A stretch of 64,000 nt of DNA, taken from Bispira polyomma (lineage: Eukaryota). Position 1 is the first letter of the stretch, and every line of letters begins with the position of its first letter. Below the pieces are notes generated by a model. That model saw only the letters and a list, made by a program, of their open reading frames with translations. It made no database searches and was not told the origin of the DNA. The DNA lies in the NCBI GenBank assembly GCA_965649765.1, contig OZ287753.1, forward strand, positions 20,088,001 through 20,152,000, given 5' to 3'. Shown here piece by piece: positions 62,522-64,000 of this stretch. The translations under genes and the position numbers were made by a program.

Positions 62522-63869
62522 CAGTATTTTAGTCCTTAAAGTATTTTTGTTAAACAGAAGTATGTTCCTAAAACCTTCTAAAAACCAGGAACAGCAAACC
62601 GTCATATACAGTCATAGTGAATATATCATTGCAGTTCCCAGAATGTGCACTATATTGAGGTTCTAGGGGTCAACATTTCATAACTAAAAGATGTACTATA
62701 TTTCTGGCTTCCTCTGTGGTATTTTTAGAGCAACTCATGTACAGACTGGCTGAGAAATGTCCCAAAATAGTGAGAGTTTACAGTGAAATGTTGGAGAACC
62801 AGGTATTCCCCATCCCAAGGGATTATGTCGTGTCAAATGTGCGTGGAAGGAAGTAAGTTGAAAAGCATTCTTCAGAATGTTATTGTTATGACATTATATA
62901 ACATGTACACTGGTATATTTTTCACTTTTTCTCTAATGATGAAAAAAAGAATGTTTAGTTTTATGCTTCAAACAGGCATGATTTGACTTTTGATGGAAGG
63001 TCCAACAATGTAACAAGTTGTGCTTTAAGGGGTCATTTTGTGATTGTCTTATTGCAGTTGCAAGTGTGGTAAAATCTTGATTATCCAAACTTATAATAAA
63101 ACGTAGCCAAAAGTTACTTTGGCTCTCCAGTACGTTTGTCCGGTTGCGTGACCGTGCTAGAATGATTTGGATTAAATCATGTACATTTGGCAACCTTGGA
63201 AAAGTGTCCCTTGTCTAATATATTTAAATAAAATTGTTGCTTGACCAGTCCGGGGGTGGGGGGACTGTGATGTCACTGTATTGTGATGTTATTGTGGTTG
63301 TGACATCACAAAACTAGTCTTATTATAGGGGTATTGCTATTCAATATTGATGATGGGTCATTGTATGGATTATGGATTGATCATCCAAACTTGTCTTGTC
63401 CAAATATTTGATTTCTTGAAGCTTTATTTTATGCTCTGTTAGCGCCAAACCCTCTGTTATCTCCTTCAGAAAGCACCTCAAAAGTCGAAATTTTTTGCAT
63501 TACCCTTTCATACTTATGCTTCCCTTGTCCCTCATTTTTGGCCAAATGAGTTTTGTTATTAGTATTTGAGGAATACGTTGCACCTTCAAATTCTCAGATT
63601 TAGATATTGTGTTTCAGGTACCAGCTTATTGCAAAGAGAGACCAGGAAAATATTGCACTGCATTACCTTATAAGAAAGGGCAGCAATACATACTCTGGTA
63701 AGATCCTTGGGTATGATAGGATGTTTTCCAGGAAACCCGCACACAAGATATCTGATGAAGAAGTTGAGAAGTACCAAAAGGTGGTTACAGATGCTTCTAT
63801 AGAAGAACTAAAAAAGTATGATGTAATTCTCTGTACATGCTCTGTGAGCGCCAGTCCAAGGATTAAGAG
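44561..63869 (+). CDS. HELZ2: HELZ2-like helicase with zinc finger and RNB (RNase II/R) domain; 3'-incomplete in this window
   Basis: Exons 44561-44635, 45586-45763, 46079-50228, 57794-57876, 58239-58391, 59541-59675, 62729-62852, 63618-63869 are all phase-consistent. CCCH finger CDLKQKCERRSRCKYPH; RNB motifs SIDPPGCQDVDDALS, GIHIADV, VEELMILAN, YTWFTSPIRRYMDIIIHRLL; SF1 motifs IQGPPGTGKT, YCGPSNSAVD, VILCTC. Confidence 0.88.
44977..45335 (+). mobile_element. 3' fragment of a non-LTR retroelement (CR1/L2-like ORF2 tail)
   Basis: VAFNNVFRNL...S.SGIYV...RK...R...N.LV resembles ORF2 C-termini; it ends in a (TA)n tract. Confidence 0.4.
45344..45389. repeat. (TA)n microsatellite
   Basis: Direct read. 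Confidence 0.95.
45586..45763 (+). CDS. HELZ2-like exon (basic, low complexity)
   Basis: tatacag|TGRQPSK...KKTK A|gtgagt; open frame, phases match both neighbours. Confidence 0.7.
46079..50228 (+). CDS. HELZ2: HELZ2-like large exon: zinc fingers, cold-shock-like region, RNB domain
   Basis: ORF 46111-50232; RNB acidic motif at 47890-47922; donor AG|GTAATG. Confidence 0.92.
50737..54529 (-). pseudogene. LINE ORF2 (AP endonuclease, reverse transcriptase, CCHC zinc finger), disrupted
   Basis: SANCQGL, CLQDTH, GDFN, SDH (APE); WRPISLL, LIDFEKAFDS, GCRQGDP, QFADD (RT); CRLC..ETIKHLFCDC. Nonsense TAG at 52604-52606 and two frameshifts near 51710 and 51610. Confidence 0.92.
55703..57063 (-). pseudogene. 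LINE ORF1 (coiled coil + RRM-type L1 ORF1) fused to a C-terminal IMPACT/YigZ (UPF0029) domain; 1-bp frameshift near 56050
   Basis: LEWRNMSDNLVFYNIDE, VAHRVGK, RPIVAKF (L1-type ORF1), followed by GSIFQGH..ASTDHIMYSY..SDDGE..VAVSRIHNGPNLG. Confidence 0.8.
57794..57876 (+). CDS. HELZ2-like exon
   Basis: ttag|(R)RMKDAVENLNEANDISKAIILGKPLTE G|gtgatg. Confidence 0.8.
58239..58391 (+). CDS. HELZ2-like exon (Q motif, start of Walker A)
   Basis: ..NSAQIEAIEHALKHSFTMIQGPP G|gtatgt. Confidence 0.88.
58991..59120 (+). mobile_element. Degenerate SINE of the same family
   Basis: CTAGTGGTTAG..AATCACTGGTCTCTCAC..GGTTCAAAT..TGTGGGAAAG..TAGGCC matches the 41388 copy. Confidence 0.6.
59541..59675 (+). CDS. 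HELZ2-like exon (Walker A, motif Ia)
   Basis: gcag|GTGKTLTG...YCGPSNSAVDVAT A|gtaagt. Confidence 0.9.
60400..61310 (+). mobile_element. Helitron-like non-autonomous element with ~147-bp internal repeats (copy 1)
   Basis: About 3 units of TTAAAAGTGC..TTATTATTGGTCCTA..GGTCAGATTTGACCTTGGGCCCCTCC; ends with hairpin GCATCGG-ttct-CCAATGC then GCTAGGTCTA. The 5' end is approximate. Confidence 0.6.
61590..62463 (+). mobile_element. Second, more diverged copy of the same Helitron-like element
   Basis: Same internal repeats; ends GGATACAAATATGCATCGGTTCTCCGATGCGCTAGGTCTAGT. Confidence 0.6.
62482..62515. repeat. (TA)n microsatellite
   Basis: Direct read. Confidence 0.95.
62729..62852 (+). CDS. HELZ2-like exon
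   Basis: tttag|(K)QLMYRLAEKCPKIVRVYSEMLENQVFPIP...|gtaagt. Confidence 0.85.
63618..63869 (+). CDS. HELZ2-like exon
   Basis: tttcag|..IALHYLIR...YDVILCTCSVSASPRIK|gtaggt; the gene continues beyond the window. Confidence 0.88.
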
Positions 63870-64000
63870 GTAGGTGTACCAATAAAGGGTTTAAGGTACA
63901 TTATTCTTTAAAAATGTTGACAATCCAGACTTATTCTCTCATGCTGTATCTCTTATTTTTAGAACTTCTTTCAGTACTCTTTGTTTTACACCAGAGCTAC

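Overview
AT-rich, intron-containing animal genomic DNA (marine invertebrate-like; the taxon cannot be fixed from the sequence alone). It contains: (1) two tandem 7-exon paralogs (2806-13289 and 17392-28477, + strand, about 2554 and 2466 aa) of NWD1/NWD2-type NLR-like STAND proteins. Each has a repeat-containing acidic N-terminus, a TIR-like DUF4062 domain, a NACHT domain, divergent beta-propellers and an unexpected C-terminal SGNH-fold domain with its catalytic residues substituted. (2) A HELZ2-like gene (zinc fingers, RNB exoribonuclease, UPF1-like SF1 helicase) running off the right edge. It appears to lack the first helicase domain, has a frame-compatible upstream transmembrane exon, and has an internal kappaB+ISRE+CCAAT+TATA promoter cassette. 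(3) A full-length but mutated ~7.3 kb L1/Tx1-type LINE inserted antisense in a HELZ2 intron with a 12-bp TSD; its ORF1 is fused to an IMPACT/YigZ (UPF0029) domain. (4) Helitron/Helentron-like non-autonomous elements with internal satellites, tRNA-derived SINEs, MITEs and microsatellites. Exon boundaries were read by hand from GT-AG sites and phase consistency. Domain calls come from motif recognition, not database searches.
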